A DNA stretch of 64,000 nt. It comes from Gemmatimonadales bacterium. Lineage in GTDB: Bacteria > Gemmatimonadota > Gemmatimonadetes > Gemmatimonadales > GWC2-71-9. The notes under the pieces were generated by a model. The model searched no databases. It was given only the letters and a program-made list of their open reading frames with translations, and had not been told where the DNA came from. Where the stretch lies: positions 8,698 through 72,697 of the forward strand of contig DATGVZ010000066.1 in the NCBI GenBank assembly GCA_035299765.1, written 5' to 3'. Position numbers and translations under genes: made by a program. Numbering within the stretch: the first letter of the stretch is position 1; each line of letters opens with the position of its first letter. This document shows positions 1-9,488 of the stretch, piece by piece.

Positions 1-1014
1 CTCCGCCGCGCGATCGAGGTCCTGCAATGCCACCATCTCATTGGGGCTGTGCATGTAGCGGTTGGGCACGCTGACGAGTCCGGTCGGGATACCCCGCATC
101 GCGTTATAGATGGCGTCGGCGTCCGTCCCCGTTTCCCGCGGCGCCGCCTGGATCGTGTAAGGCAGCTTTGCCTGCTCCGCGCATTCCACCAGCAAGTCGA
201 AGACGAGGGGACTGACCGACGAGCCTCGCGTCAGGACGACGCCGCCGCCGAGCTTGTGATCGCCGGAGTGTTTCTTGTCGGCGCCGGGGTAGTCGGTTGC
301 GTGCGTGACGTCGATGACGAGCGCCACGTCCGGCTCGATTCCGATCGCGCTGGTCCGCGCGCCGCTCCCGGTCCAGGCGATCTCCTCGCGCGTCGAGGCG
401 ACCGCAAACACCGCGGCGTGTTTTGGTCGCTGGGACGCAAGCCGCCGTAACGCTTCGGCGGCCACGAAGGCGCCGATGCGGTTGTCGAGACTGCGCGACA
501 CGATCCGGTCGTTCGGGTACTCCTCCACGCGGCTGTCGATTACGCCGGCATCGCCGATACGAATTCTCGAGGCGGCCGCGTCCCGATTGGCGGCGCCGAT
601 GTCGATCCACAAGTCGATCACCTTGGTGACGCGATCGAGATCTTCCTTCTTCAGATGGTGGATCGCTTTCTTGCCGACGACTCCATGCACCGGTCCCTCG
701 CGCCCCAAGAGCAACACGCGTTGTCCGACCAGTACCTGCGAGTCCCAGCCGCCGATGCCGCTGAAGTAGAGAAACCCGTCCTCATCGATGTGCGTGATCT
801 GGACGCCGATCTCGTCGATGTGGCCGGCGAACATGAGCCGCGGCTTCCCTTTGGGATTGACCGCGGCCACGGAGTTGCCGTGCACATCGGCGTGCACGTC
901 GTCCGCGAACGTCGCGACTTCGTCGCGCCACAGGCGTGCAGGAGCCTGCTCGAACCCCGAGGGGCCCGGCGTGTCGAGGAGCTGCTTCAAGAATCCGACC
1001 GTCGGTAGCGTCAT
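1..1014 (-). CDS. M42 family metallopeptidase (glutamyl aminopeptidase/FrvX-like); 3' end lies outside the window
   Basis: Absent from the ORF track because this minus frame stays open to the window edge. My own translation from the ATG at 1014-1012 gives MTLPTVGFLKQLLDTPGPSGFEQAPARLWRDEV...KPRLMFAGHIDEIGVQITHIDE, which contains the M42 H-x-DEIG metal-ligand motif. Confidence 0.8.
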   Translation of the reverse strand, partial: MTLPTVGFLKQLLDTPGPSGFEQAPARLWRDEVATFADDVHADVHGNSVAAVNPKGKPRLMFAGHIDEIGVQITHIDEDGFLYFSGIGGWDSQVLVGQRVLLLGREGPVHGVVGKKAIHHLKKEDLDRVTKVIDLWIDIGAANRDAAASRIRIGDAGVIDSRVEEYPNDRIVSRSLDNRIGAFVAAEALRRLASQRPKHAAVFAVASTREEIAWTGSGARTSAIGIEPDVALVIDVTHATDYPGADKKHSGDHKLGGGVVLTRGSSVSPLVFDLLVECAEQAKLPYTIQAAPRETGTDADAIYNAMRGIPTGLVSVPNRYMHSPNEMVALQDLDRAAE

Positions 1015-1041
1015 GCTGTCGTTATGGTGTCCCGATAGTGT

Positions 1042-3273
1042 TTATTGCCGGCGGAGACCGACCCGATAGAGCAACGTGCCAAGGATCGCGAACATGACGA
1101 GGGCGACGATCGCCGAAGTCGCGAATCCTCCCAGCGCGTGATAGAGCTTCAGCGAATCAGCCAACCAATCGGCGGATTTGCCGCGGGCGCTTCCCCATCC
1201 CGCGATCGCCGCGACGGCGATGCCACAGATTGCCCCACCGGCGATCAGGCCGCTCGCGAAGAGGACGCCGGGCCCCGATTCGATTTCCGCGAGCGACCGG
1301 TTTGTCGACCGCACGCGGCGCTCGACCAGCCAGCGCACGACTCCACCCGCGAACATGCCCGCTGACGTCGTGAGCGGCAGGTACACGCCGACTGCCACCG
1401 GCAGCGATCCCACGCCCATCAGCTCGATCGCGATCGTCAGGAAGACCCCGATCAGCACCAACGCCCACGGCAGCTTGTGGGTCAGGATGCCGTCCGTGAT
1501 GAGCGCCATCAGCGTGGCTTTGGGAGAGTCGAGTCGCTTCAGGTCGTGGCCCGCGTACTCGTGAATGCGGCCGCCGATGCCCGGGTCGACGACGTAGCGG
1601 ATCTCGTGCGAGGCGGGATCGACGAGGTACTTGCCCGGCGGCACGCCCTGAGTCGGGAGGTACACGCGAATCACCTGATAGGTGTTGTTGTCGATCGAAT
1701 CGGTGCCACCGACACCGAAATGCGTCATCGTCTCGCTGTGAACGACGACGTTGCCGTCGGCGCTCTTGCCACTGGCCGGCGCGACAAAGCCGGGGCGCCG
1801 CTCCGGCACCTCGTAGCGGTAGGCGTTATTGAGGAAGGTGAGCGTCCAGCCCACGGCGAGCGCCGATCCGATAGCGCCAATGAGGATGGCGATCTGCTGA
1901 CGGCGGGGAGTCGCGCCCACCAGAAATCCGGTCTTGAGATCCTGCGACGTGTTCCCGCCGTTTGCGACCGCGACGGCGATCACGCAGGCGATCGAAATGG
2001 CGCGGACGCGATCATCGATCTGCGTCCATCCGAGCAACAGGAAGATGAACGAGATCGCGATGAGCGACGCGATCGTCATTCCGGAGATCGGGTTTGCCGA
2101 ACTGCCGATCTGTCCACAAATGCGGGACGACACCGTCGTGAAAAAGAAGCCGAACAGGATGATCAGGATGCCGCCGAGGAGATTCACGCCGATCTGTGGC
2201 AGGAGCGCCAGGACGATGGCGAGCGCGATCGAGCCGAACACGGTGACGCTGATTGGGAGATCGTCGTCGGTGCGCAATTTCGCCGCGATGGCCTGGCCGA
2301 CTCGGCTGGCGCGCATGTCCGCAAAGCCCGCGCGGAACGCGGCGATGATCGTCGGCATCGAGCGCGCGAGCGCGATGATCCCGGCGCTGGCTACCGCGCC
2401 CGCGCCGATATAGAAGACGAAGGCGGCCCGGACCTCGCCCGCGCTCATGTCGCGGATCAGCTTGGTCGTTCCGAACATCGGCTCCGTCATGGAGCTGCCG
2501 AACAGCTTGATCGCGGGCATCAGCACGACGTAGGCAAGACACCCTCCGGCGAACAAATAGCCCGCGATCCGCGGTCCGATGATGTATCCGACGCCGAGCA
2601 GCTCGGGACTCACCTCCACGCGGACTTCGGCGTTCTGATAGCCACGCAGCACTTTGCCGGGAAGCTCCTGCCACAGCTTCAATGCCGTCATCAAAAACTT
2701 GTAGACGAACGCGATGCCGAATGCCTGGAATACCGTCTTGGCGTGGATGCCGCCGCGCTCACCGGCGATCAGCACTTCGGCGCAGGCGGTGCCTTCGGGG
2801 TAGGGCAGATTGCCGTGTTCTTTCACGATCAGGGCGCGGCGCAGCGGAATCATCATCAGCACGCCCATCAGGCCACCCGCGATCGCGAGGATCGTCACGC
2901 GCGAGATGTCGAGGTCGTAGCCCATCAACAAAATCGCGGGAATCGTGAACACGACCCCCGCGGACACCGAATCGGCCGCCGATCCGGTCGTTTGGACGAT
3001 GTTGTTTTCGAGAATCGTCGAGCGGCCGAACCAGCGGAAAATGGTGATCGACAGGACGGCGATGGGGATCGACGCGCTGACGGTCAAACCGATCTTCAGT
3101 GCCAGATAGACATTCGAGGCGCCGAAGATCAAGCCGAGCAGCACGCCCAGCGTAATCGCGCGCGGCGTGAGCTCGGCCGGAGCCTGGCTGGCGGGAATGT
3201 ACGGCTCGTGCACCGCACCACCGGCTCCGGGTCGACCCGATGCCACTGGATGGGCTGCCGGAATGCTCGTCAT
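1042..3273 (-). CDS. OPT family oligopeptide transporter
   Basis: ORF 1042..3378 is polytopic. Its N-terminus ...LTPRAITLGVLLGLIFGASNVYLALKIGLTVSASIP is typical of bacterial OPT proteins. Start moved to the internal ATG (MTSIPAAH...); the start is uncertain. Confidence 0.85.
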   Translation of the reverse strand: MTSIPAAHPVASGRPGAGGAVHEPYIPASQAPAELTPRAITLGVLLGLIFGASNVYLALKIGLTVSASIPIAVLSITIFRWFGRSTILENNIVQTTGSAADSVSAGVVFTIPAILLMGYDLDISRVTILAIAGGLMGVLMMIPLRRALIVKEHGNLPYPEGTACAEVLIAGERGGIHAKTVFQAFGIAFVYKFLMTALKLWQELPGKVLRGYQNAEVRVEVSPELLGVGYIIGPRIAGYLFAGGCLAYVVLMPAIKLFGSSMTEPMFGTTKLIRDMSAGEVRAAFVFYIGAGAVASAGIIALARSMPTIIAAFRAGFADMRASRVGQAIAAKLRTDDDLPISVTVFGSIALAIVLALLPQIGVNLLGGILIILFGFFFTTVSSRICGQIGSSANPISGMTIASLIAISFIFLLLGWTQIDDRVRAISIACVIAVAVANGGNTSQDLKTGFLVGATPRRQQIAILIGAIGSALAVGWTLTFLNNAYRYEVPERRPGFVAPASGKSADGNVVVHSETMTHFGVGGTDSIDNNTYQVIRVYLPTQGVPPGKYLVDPASHEIRYVVDPGIGGRIHEYAGHDLKRLDSPKATLMALITDGILTHKLPWALVLIGVFLTIAIELMGVGSLPVAVGVYLPLTTSAGMFAGGVVRWLVERRVRSTNRSLAEIESGPGVLFASGLIAGGAICGIAVAAIAGWGSARGKSADWLADSLKLYHALGGFATSAIVALVMFAILGTLLYRVGLRRQ

Positions 3274-3359
3274 AGGCGGCACAATCTGCGCCCGCAATGG
3301 CGCCAGTGTCCAGCGTGATAAGTGGTCCCGCGCCCGAACCAGCGCGGGCTCCGGGGGGT

Positions 3360-4892
3360 ATGCAGGGCCCGATGACACAATCTCCTGACATCACTCATGA
3401 GCTGCGCCTCGCTTTGGCCGGGGCCTACGACATCGAGGCGCCAATCGGGCGCGGCGGGATGGCCCACGTCTATCTCGCGCGCGAGCCTCGCCTGGACCGG
3501 CGCGTCGCGATCAAGGTGCTTGACCCTGACCTTGCAGCCGACGAGGCGTGCCGCCGGCGATTTCTGAGCGAGGCGCGGACGGTGGCGCGCCTGACCCACC
3601 CGAACATTGTGCCGATTTTCGCGGTCGACGAGATCGGCGGGTTCGTGTTTTTCGCGATGGCGTATGTTGCGGGAGAAACACTTTCGCAGCGGGTCGCGAG
3701 CCATGGGCCGCTCGATCCCCACCAGGCGGGCCGCTTGCTGTGTGACATCGGGGAGGCTCTGGATTATGCGCACGCGCGCGGTGTGGTGCACCGGGACGTG
3801 AAGCCCGACAACATCCTGCTCGATGGCGCGACCGGACGGGCGCTGCTCTCCGACTTCGGCATCGCTCACGAGACCGGGATGTCCGGGAGGCCCGGGGTGC
3901 TCGGACGTCCTGCCGCACCGCGCGGGGGAGTGGTCGGCACCGCGGCATTCATGAGTCCCGAGCAAGCAAGCGGCGACGCCGTCGATGGGCGCAGCGACAT
4001 CTACTCGCTGGGTGTGGTCGCCTACTACGCCCTCTCGGGACGGCTGCCGTTTTTCGCCACAACGGACGAAGGTCTGCTGGCGCTGCACATCGGGGCTCCG
4101 GCGCCGCCGCTCGCCACCGTCGCTCCGTTCGTGGCGCCACGCGTGGCGCAAATCGTCGACCGCTGTCTCGCGAAGGAGCCGTGGGCGCGCTTCGCCGACC
4201 CAGCGGCGCTGGTCCGGGCGGTCGCGGAGGCGATTGGGGCCTCTCCGGTCCCGCTGGCGGTCCGCGCCTTCCTCGTGCGCAGCACTCACCTCGAAGCACC
4301 CGCGCTGATGCATGCGTTCGTGACGGGCGTGGGTCTGCTGCCGGCGACCGTTGCCGCCTGGCTCTCGCCAACCGAGGGTACGGTGCGCGCAGCGGCGACC
4401 CTGGCGCTCGCTGCGGCAATCGCGGCGCCGGCTGTGGTCGCCATCGTACGCGTGCGCCGCCTGCTCGCTGCCGGGCATCACCGCGCGGATCTCGTCGCGG
4501 CGTTGGCGGAGCGTCAGGCCCGGCGGCGCGAGGAATTGGCCTTCGTCTATGGTTCCGGTCCCACCAGCTTCGAGCGCGCCATTGGGTGGGTCGCGCGCGT
4601 GGCGCTGCTGGTGGCGACCACGGGTGTGGCGTGTGCTGCCGGGGTCATCAGTGTCCCCGGACTCCTCGAGCCGCTGCTTCCATCCATGGCCATTGGGGGC
4701 GCCGCGACAGCGCTACTCGCAGGTGTCGTGGCGCGCGCCCGAACGGAGCAACGCACCGACCCCCTGGGCGAGCGGAGTCTGCGGTTTTGGCGAGGACGAT
4801 TCGGCCGCGTGCTATTCCGGGTCGCGAGCGTGCCCCTCACGCCGGTCCGGCCGGTCGTCACCGTCCTCAGCCGCTCGGAGACCCCCGCCTGA
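3360..4892 (+). CDS. Membrane-anchored Ser/Thr protein kinase
   Basis: Hanks kinase motifs are present: GRGGMAHVYLA, AIKVL, HRDVKPDNILL, DFGIA, SPEQ. The C-terminal half has several hydrophobic helices. Start chosen at MQGPMTQ (3360); 3297 or 3372 are also possible. Confidence 0.9.
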   Translation: MQGPMTQSPDITHELRLALAGAYDIEAPIGRGGMAHVYLAREPRLDRRVAIKVLDPDLAADEACRRRFLSEARTVARLTHPNIVPIFAVDEIGGFVFFAMAYVAGETLSQRVASHGPLDPHQAGRLLCDIGEALDYAHARGVVHRDVKPDNILLDGATGRALLSDFGIAHETGMSGRPGVLGRPAAPRGGVVGTAAFMSPEQASGDAVDGRSDIYSLGVVAYYALSGRLPFFATTDEGLLALHIGAPAPPLATVAPFVAPRVAQIVDRCLAKEPWARFADPAALVRAVAEAIGASPVPLAVRAFLVRSTHLEAPALMHAFVTGVGLLPATVAAWLSPTEGTVRAAATLALAAAIAAPAVVAIVRVRRLLAAGHHRADLVAALAERQARRREELAFVYGSGPTSFERAIGWVARVALLVATTGVACAAGVISVPGLLEPLLPSMAIGGAATALLAGVVARARTEQRTDPLGERSLRFWRGRFGRVLFRVASVPLTPVRPVVTVLSRSETPA

Positions 4893-4916
4893 GGTAAACG
4901 TTAGTTTAGGGGCGCT

Positions 4917-6797
4917 ATGCCGCACCTCGCTCCCGATCGGCTGTTTCTCGATTTTCAAGCCGCTGTGGCGGGTCGCTACTCGCTGGAGCGCGAGCTGGGA
5001 CGCGGCGGCATGGGCGTCGTGTACCTCGCCCGCGAAGTCCGGCTGGATCGTCCCGTCGCGATCAAGCTCCTGCCGCCTTCGAAGGCATCGGATCCCAAAC
5101 TGCGCGAGAGATTCCTGCGCGAGGCGCGCACGGCGGCCAAGCTCTCCCATCCCAACATCATTCCGATCCACGCCGTCGAAGAGATCGACGAATTCGTGTT
5201 CTTCGCGATGGCGTACATCGAGGGCGAGACGCTGACGGAACGCGTGCGGCGGCGGGGGCCGCTTGCGCCCTCTGACGCATCACGTGTCCTTCGCGACGTC
5301 GCCTGGGCGCTCGCGTACGCCCATGGGCAGGGCGTCATCCATCGCGACGTGAAGCCCGACAACATCCTGCTCGAGACCAGCGGCCGCGTGCTGGTCGCCG
5401 ACTTCGGGATTGCGAGCGTGGTCGCCGGCGCGGGCGGGCTGGCGACCGGCGAGGTGGTGGGCACGCCGGAATTCATGAGTCCCGAGCAGGCGTTGGGCGA
5501 GGAAGTCGACGGGCGGAGCGACCTGTACGCGCTCGGCGTCGTGGGCTTTTTCGCCTTCTCGGGGACGCTGCCGTTCGAGGGCGAGAAGCCGACAGAGGTA
5601 CTCGCCAAGCAGATCACCGAGCCCGCGCCGCCGCTCGCGACCGTTGCGCCCGGTGTGCCGCGACGGATCGCCCATGCGCTCGACGGCTGTCTTGCGAAAG
5701 AACGGGAAGAGCGTCCGGACGGTCCGTCCGTTTTGGCCGATCAGCTGAGTCGAGCGCTCGAGTTGCGCCGCGAGCTGCCGATCCCGTTACGGGTATTCGT
5801 CAAGCGGGACGGGCGGCTCGACGATGGGCTCTCGCTGCTCTACCCGTTCGTACTGCTCGCCGCCGCCGTGCTCGCCGGGTCCGCAACCTCGACGATGATC
5901 GGTTTCGAAGTGCTCGTCGGCGGCATGACACTCGTACCGGTGAGCGTTCTCATCAGTCGCGCGCGCCGACTCTTGAAGTCCGGCTTCGATCACGGTGACC
6001 TCGAGGTCGCCTTCAAGGTGGAGTTGGAACGGTGGCGTGAGGAGCGAGTGGCCGGACAGCGTTTGGGCCCAACGTGGCTGGAGCGGGGACTAAACGCAGT
6101 CGCCCGCGGCGGCTTTATCTCCGCGGGGCTGGCCATCACGATATTTCCGTTTGTCTTCGGCTCTCCGTCGCTGTCGATGCTGCTCCAGGGACTCAGTCTC
6201 GGCATATACGCGAGCGCGTGCTCGTTGGTGCTCCTGCAACGTCGCCGTGACGTGGATACCGAATTCTGGAGCAAGCTGTGGGTGGGGCGCTTCGGCCGCT
6301 GGCTGTTCAAAGTGGCGCGAGCGATCACGCCCGCGCGCGCGTTGCCCTCGTCACTGACACATCGCCCCACCGAAATGGCGCTCGGCATGGCTGCCGAGCA
6401 GCTCTACGAGGACCTGCCCAAAGAGACGCGTCGTGAGCTGCGCGACCTCCCGGACGTCGTGCATCGTCTCGAGGAGGATGCGCAACGCATGCGCGCCCGC
6501 CTTGAGGAGTTGCAGGAGGCTCTATCGGACGCCGGCCAGCGCGGTGATCCCAATCCCGCGATTGCCGTGCGGCGTGATCGCATCGTCAAGGACTTGAACG
6601 CCGAGCGGGAACTCGTGCAGCAGCGACTCAAGGACGCCGTCGCAGCGCTGGAGACGATCCGCCTGAATCTGCTGCGGCTGCACGCGGGGACCGGAAGTGT
6701 CCAAAGCCTGACGACCGATCTGGGGCTCGCGCGTGAGATCGCGCGCGACATTGGTGCGCAAGTGGACGCCTACCGTGAGATCGAGAGCGCGCTCTAG
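4917..6797 (+). CDS. Membrane-anchored Ser/Thr protein kinase with C-terminal coiled coil (paralogue of the upstream kinase)
   Basis: Kinase motifs GRGGMGVVYLA, AIKLL, HRDVKPDNILL, DFGIA, SPEQ. It has the same post-kinase membrane module as 3360..4892 (RRLL..G..H.DL, FW..GRFGR.LF.VA) plus a charged helical tail. Confidence 0.9.
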   Translation: MPHLAPDRLFLDFQAAVAGRYSLERELGRGGMGVVYLAREVRLDRPVAIKLLPPSKASDPKLRERFLREARTAAKLSHPNIIPIHAVEEIDEFVFFAMAYIEGETLTERVRRRGPLAPSDASRVLRDVAWALAYAHGQGVIHRDVKPDNILLETSGRVLVADFGIASVVAGAGGLATGEVVGTPEFMSPEQALGEEVDGRSDLYALGVVGFFAFSGTLPFEGEKPTEVLAKQITEPAPPLATVAPGVPRRIAHALDGCLAKEREERPDGPSVLADQLSRALELRRELPIPLRVFVKRDGRLDDGLSLLYPFVLLAAAVLAGSATSTMIGFEVLVGGMTLVPVSVLISRARRLLKSGFDHGDLEVAFKVELERWREERVAGQRLGPTWLERGLNAVARGGFISAGLAITIFPFVFGSPSLSMLLQGLSLGIYASACSLVLLQRRRDVDTEFWSKLWVGRFGRWLFKVARAITPARALPSSLTHRPTEMALGMAAEQLYEDLPKETRRELRDLPDVVHRLEEDAQRMRARLEELQEALSDAGQRGDPNPAIAVRRDRIVKDLNAERELVQQRLKDAVAALETIRLNLLRLHAGTGSVQSLTTDLGLAREIARDIGAQVDAYREIESAL

Positions 6798-7945
6798 TCG
6801 CGCACCCGCTGCAGCCGCTCTACCGCCTGCTGCAGCATGTCTTCCGTTTTACAGAACGCAAACCGCACGTACCTGCGGCCTAGCTCCGGGCGCGAGTAGA
6901 AGCTCGAGCCTGGCACGGTGGCCACGCCGTGCTCCGCTGTCAGCCACTTCGCGAACTCATCGTCGGGAAGATCCGAGAGTCCTGAGAAATCGGCCATGAC
7001 GTAGTACGCACCCTGGGGCGGCCGACACTTGAATCCCGCTTGCAGCAATCCGCCGCAGAGGATGTCGCGCCGCCGGCGGTAATCCCGCGCGAGTCCTTCG
7101 TAATAGTCGTCGCCCAGCGTTTCCATGCCGACGGCGATCGCCTCTTGCAAGGGGGCGGGAGCGCCGACGGTGAGGAAGTCATGCACCTTCCGGATCGCAC
7201 CGGTCACGTCAGGAGGCGAGACGATCGTCCCGATTCGCCAGCCGGTCACACTGAATGTCTTCGAGGCACCGCTTGTCGTGATCGTGCGATCGGCCATCCC
7301 CGGCAGCGTCGCGATCGGGATGTGCTCGCCCTCGTAATAGATGTGCTCATAGATCTCGTCGGTCACGGCAAACGCGTCGTGGCGCTGGCACAGCTCGGCG
7401 ATTGCCGTCAGCTCGGCGCGCGAGAGCACCCGGCCCGTCGGATTGTTCGGCGTGCAGACGATGATGGCGCGCGTCTTCGCGGTGAACGCCTTGGCGAGAC
7501 GGTCCAGATCGATCGGCCCCTCGGCTGGCATCGGGACGAAGACCGGCTTCGCATCGCAGAGGATCGCGTCGGGTCCGTAGTTCTCGTAGAACGGCTCGAA
7601 CACGACGACTTCGTCGCCCGGATTCACGATCCCGAGCAGCGCTGACACCATTGCTTCGGTCGCTCCGCAGGTCACTGTGACCTGCGTCATGGGATCGACC
7701 GGCAGGCCATACCAGTCCTGGTATTTCGCGGCCAACGCGTTCCGCAGGCGCGCCGCACCCCAGGTGATGGCGTACTGATTCACGTCATCGCGGATCGCGC
7801 GGGCGGCCGCCTCTTTCAAGACGTCGGGGCAGGGAAAGTTCGGGAAGCCCTGCGACAGGTTGATGGCGCCGTGCTCGTTTGCGAGCCGGGTCATCCCCCG
7901 AATCACCGATTCGGTGAAGCCGTGGGTTCGCCGGGCTGTGCGCAT
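6794..7945 (-). CDS. PLP-dependent class I aminotransferase (YbdL/kynurenine-aminotransferase-like)
   Basis: 383 aa: ...INLSQGFPNFPCP...NQYAITWG...VVVFEPFYENYGP...SGASKTFSVTGWRIG (PLP lysine context SKTF). Its stop overlaps the convergent kinase stop (CTAG). Confidence 0.85.
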   Translation of the reverse strand: MRTARRTHGFTESVIRGMTRLANEHGAINLSQGFPNFPCPDVLKEAAARAIRDDVNQYAITWGAARLRNALAAKYQDWYGLPVDPMTQVTVTCGATEAMVSALLGIVNPGDEVVVFEPFYENYGPDAILCDAKPVFVPMPAEGPIDLDRLAKAFTAKTRAIIVCTPNNPTGRVLSRAELTAIAELCQRHDAFAVTDEIYEHIYYEGEHIPIATLPGMADRTITTSGASKTFSVTGWRIGTIVSPPDVTGAIRKVHDFLTVGAPAPLQEAIAVGMETLGDDYYEGLARDYRRRRDILCGGLLQAGFKCRPPQGAYYVMADFSGLSDLPDDEFAKWLTAEHGVATVPGSSFYSRPELGRRYVRFAFCKTEDMLQQAVERLQRVRD

Positions 7946-8007
7946 GAGGACTTAAAGATAGGCATCCGAGCGACGGTTCACCCGTCGCCCGGATGGGAGC
8001 CGCCCGC

Positions 8008-8325
8008 CTAGGACTTCAGCTTCGTGTTGATCTCGACGAGAATGGGCTGTGGCGTGTCGACGAAGACGACGTGACTTCCCATGTGCCGGACCGTGAACTT
8101 CAGCGGCGCGCTTTTGGCTTTGGTCTGACGGTAATAGACGACCTGATCGTCCCCCGACTGCTCCACCCGTACGATCTCGAATCCCTTCTGCACGAGCACA
8201 TCGCGCGTCACCGACATCGCGCGGCTCGGGTCGACGAGGAACGCTTTCTTCGGCCCGTGTCCCTGCGCCATGGCAGGGGAAGCCGCGAGGGCACTCAATG
8301 CAACGACCAGCAGCAAGCGAGTCAT
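8008..8325 (-). CDS. Small secreted hypothetical protein
   Basis: ORF 8008..8349. The internal ATG gives the signal peptide MTRLLLVVALSALAASPAMAQ. No recognisable domain. Confidence 0.55.
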   Translation of the reverse strand: MTRLLLVVALSALAASPAMAQGHGPKKAFLVDPSRAMSVTRDVLVQKGFEIVRVEQSGDDQVVYYRQTKAKSAPLKFTVRHMGSHVVFVDTPQPILVEINTKLKS

Positions 8326-8345
8326 GGCCCCTCCGGTAAAGGAAG

Positions 8346-9488
8346 TCACTTCAGCAACAGCTTCGCGATCGTATTGAGCTGCATGTTACTCGTGCCTTCG
8401 TAGATCGTCCCAATCTTCGCGTCGCGGTAGAACTTTTCAACTGGATATTCTTTGGTATAGCCGTACCCACCGAAGAGCTCTACCGCCAGCGACGTCACGC
8501 GCTCGGCGACCTGGGAGCTGAGCAGCTTGGCCATGGCCGCCTGCTTCGTGTACGACTGGCCGGCATCCTCGAGCCGGGCCGCGTTGTAGACCATCAGGCG
8601 GGCCGCCTCGAGCTCCGTCGCCGCCTGGGCAAGCTGGAATTGGACCCCCTGGAAGTCGGCGACCGGTTTGCGGAATTGCTGGCGCTCCTTCACGTACTTG
8701 AGGGACGCGTCGAGCGCGCCGCGGGCCACGCCGATCATCTGCGCGCCGATGCCGATGCGGCCGGTGTTGAGGGTCTCAATGGCCACCTTGTAGCCCATGC
8801 CGACGTCACCGACGAGATTGACGGCCGGCACCTCGCAATGATCGAGAATCAATTCGGCCGTCGATGACGCGCGGATGCCAAGTTTGTCCTCTTTTTTGCC
8901 GACGCTGAATCCCGTGAAGCCGCGCTCGACCGCGAAGGCCGTGATCCCCTTGTAGCCCTTCGCGAAGTCCGTATTCGCGAAAATCACGTAGAAGCCCGCC
9001 TCGGCACCGTTCGTGATCCACAGTTTGCGGCCGTCGAGAATCCATCGATCACCTTGCTTCGTGGCTTTGGTCTGGAGGCCGAATGCATCGGACCCCGATG
9101 CGGCTTCGGAGAGCGCGTACGCGCCCACCAAATCGCTGGCGAGGCGCGGGAGATAGCGGCGTTTGATGTCCTCGGACGCCCACTTGAGGAGCAGCGCATT
9201 GACGAGCGTGTTCTGGACGTCGACGAAGATCGCCGTCGAGGCATCGACGGCGGAGAGCTCCTCGACCGCGAGGACGGTCATGAAAAGACTGCCGCCGGCG
9301 CCTCCGTGGGCCTCGGGAATCTCGATTCCCATCAGGCCGAGCGCGAAGAACTTCGGGATGAGAGCGGGATCGAGCTGCGTGGCCTGCTCCATCGCCTGCA
9401 CGCGCGGCCGGACTTCCTGCTCGGCGAAGTCGCGTACCGCGCCTCGAAACATCTGCTCTTCTTCGGAGAGCTGCGTGAGTGGGTTCAC
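8346..9488 (-). CDS. Acyl-CoA dehydrogenase (short/branched-chain type)
   Basis: 380 aa with ACAD hallmarks: ...GAYALSEAASGSDAF...WITNG...IYEGTSNMQLNTIAK. Confidence 0.9.
   Translation of the reverse strand: MNPLTQLSEEEQMFRGAVRDFAEQEVRPRVQAMEQATQLDPALIPKFFALGLMGIEIPEAHGGAGGSLFMTVLAVEELSAVDASTAIFVDVQNTLVNALLLKWASEDIKRRYLPRLASDLVGAYALSEAASGSDAFGLQTKATKQGDRWILDGRKLWITNGAEAGFYVIFANTDFAKGYKGITAFAVERGFTGFSVGKKEDKLGIRASSTAELILDHCEVPAVNLVGDVGMGYKVAIETLNTGRIGIGAQMIGVARGALDASLKYVKERQQFRKPVADFQGVQFQLAQAATELEAARLMVYNAARLEDAGQSYTKQAAMAKLLSSQVAERVTSLAVELFGGYGYTKEYPVEKFYRDAKIGTIYEGTSNMQLNTIAKLLLK

Noticed and set aside
1477-3318. Long plus-strand ORF (613 aa) opposite the OPT transporter. Similar long ORFs lie opposite real genes elsewhere: 3270..4481(-), 23415..25355(+), 28708..29883(+), 30910..32004(+), 32998..34245(-), 40101..41180(+), 41817..43199(+), 44612..45997(+), 62227..63489(-).
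   Set aside because: Their Arg/Asp/His/Gly-rich, low-complexity translations have no motifs. They lie antisense to ORFs with clear family signatures. These are typical shadow ORFs of GC-rich DNA.
7970-7988. Hairpin GCGACGG-TTCAC-CCGTCGC downstream of the small secreted protein gene, considered as a terminator.
   Set aside because: The stem is only 7 bp and there is no adjacent U-tract on the minus-strand transcript, so the evidence is too weak to annotate.
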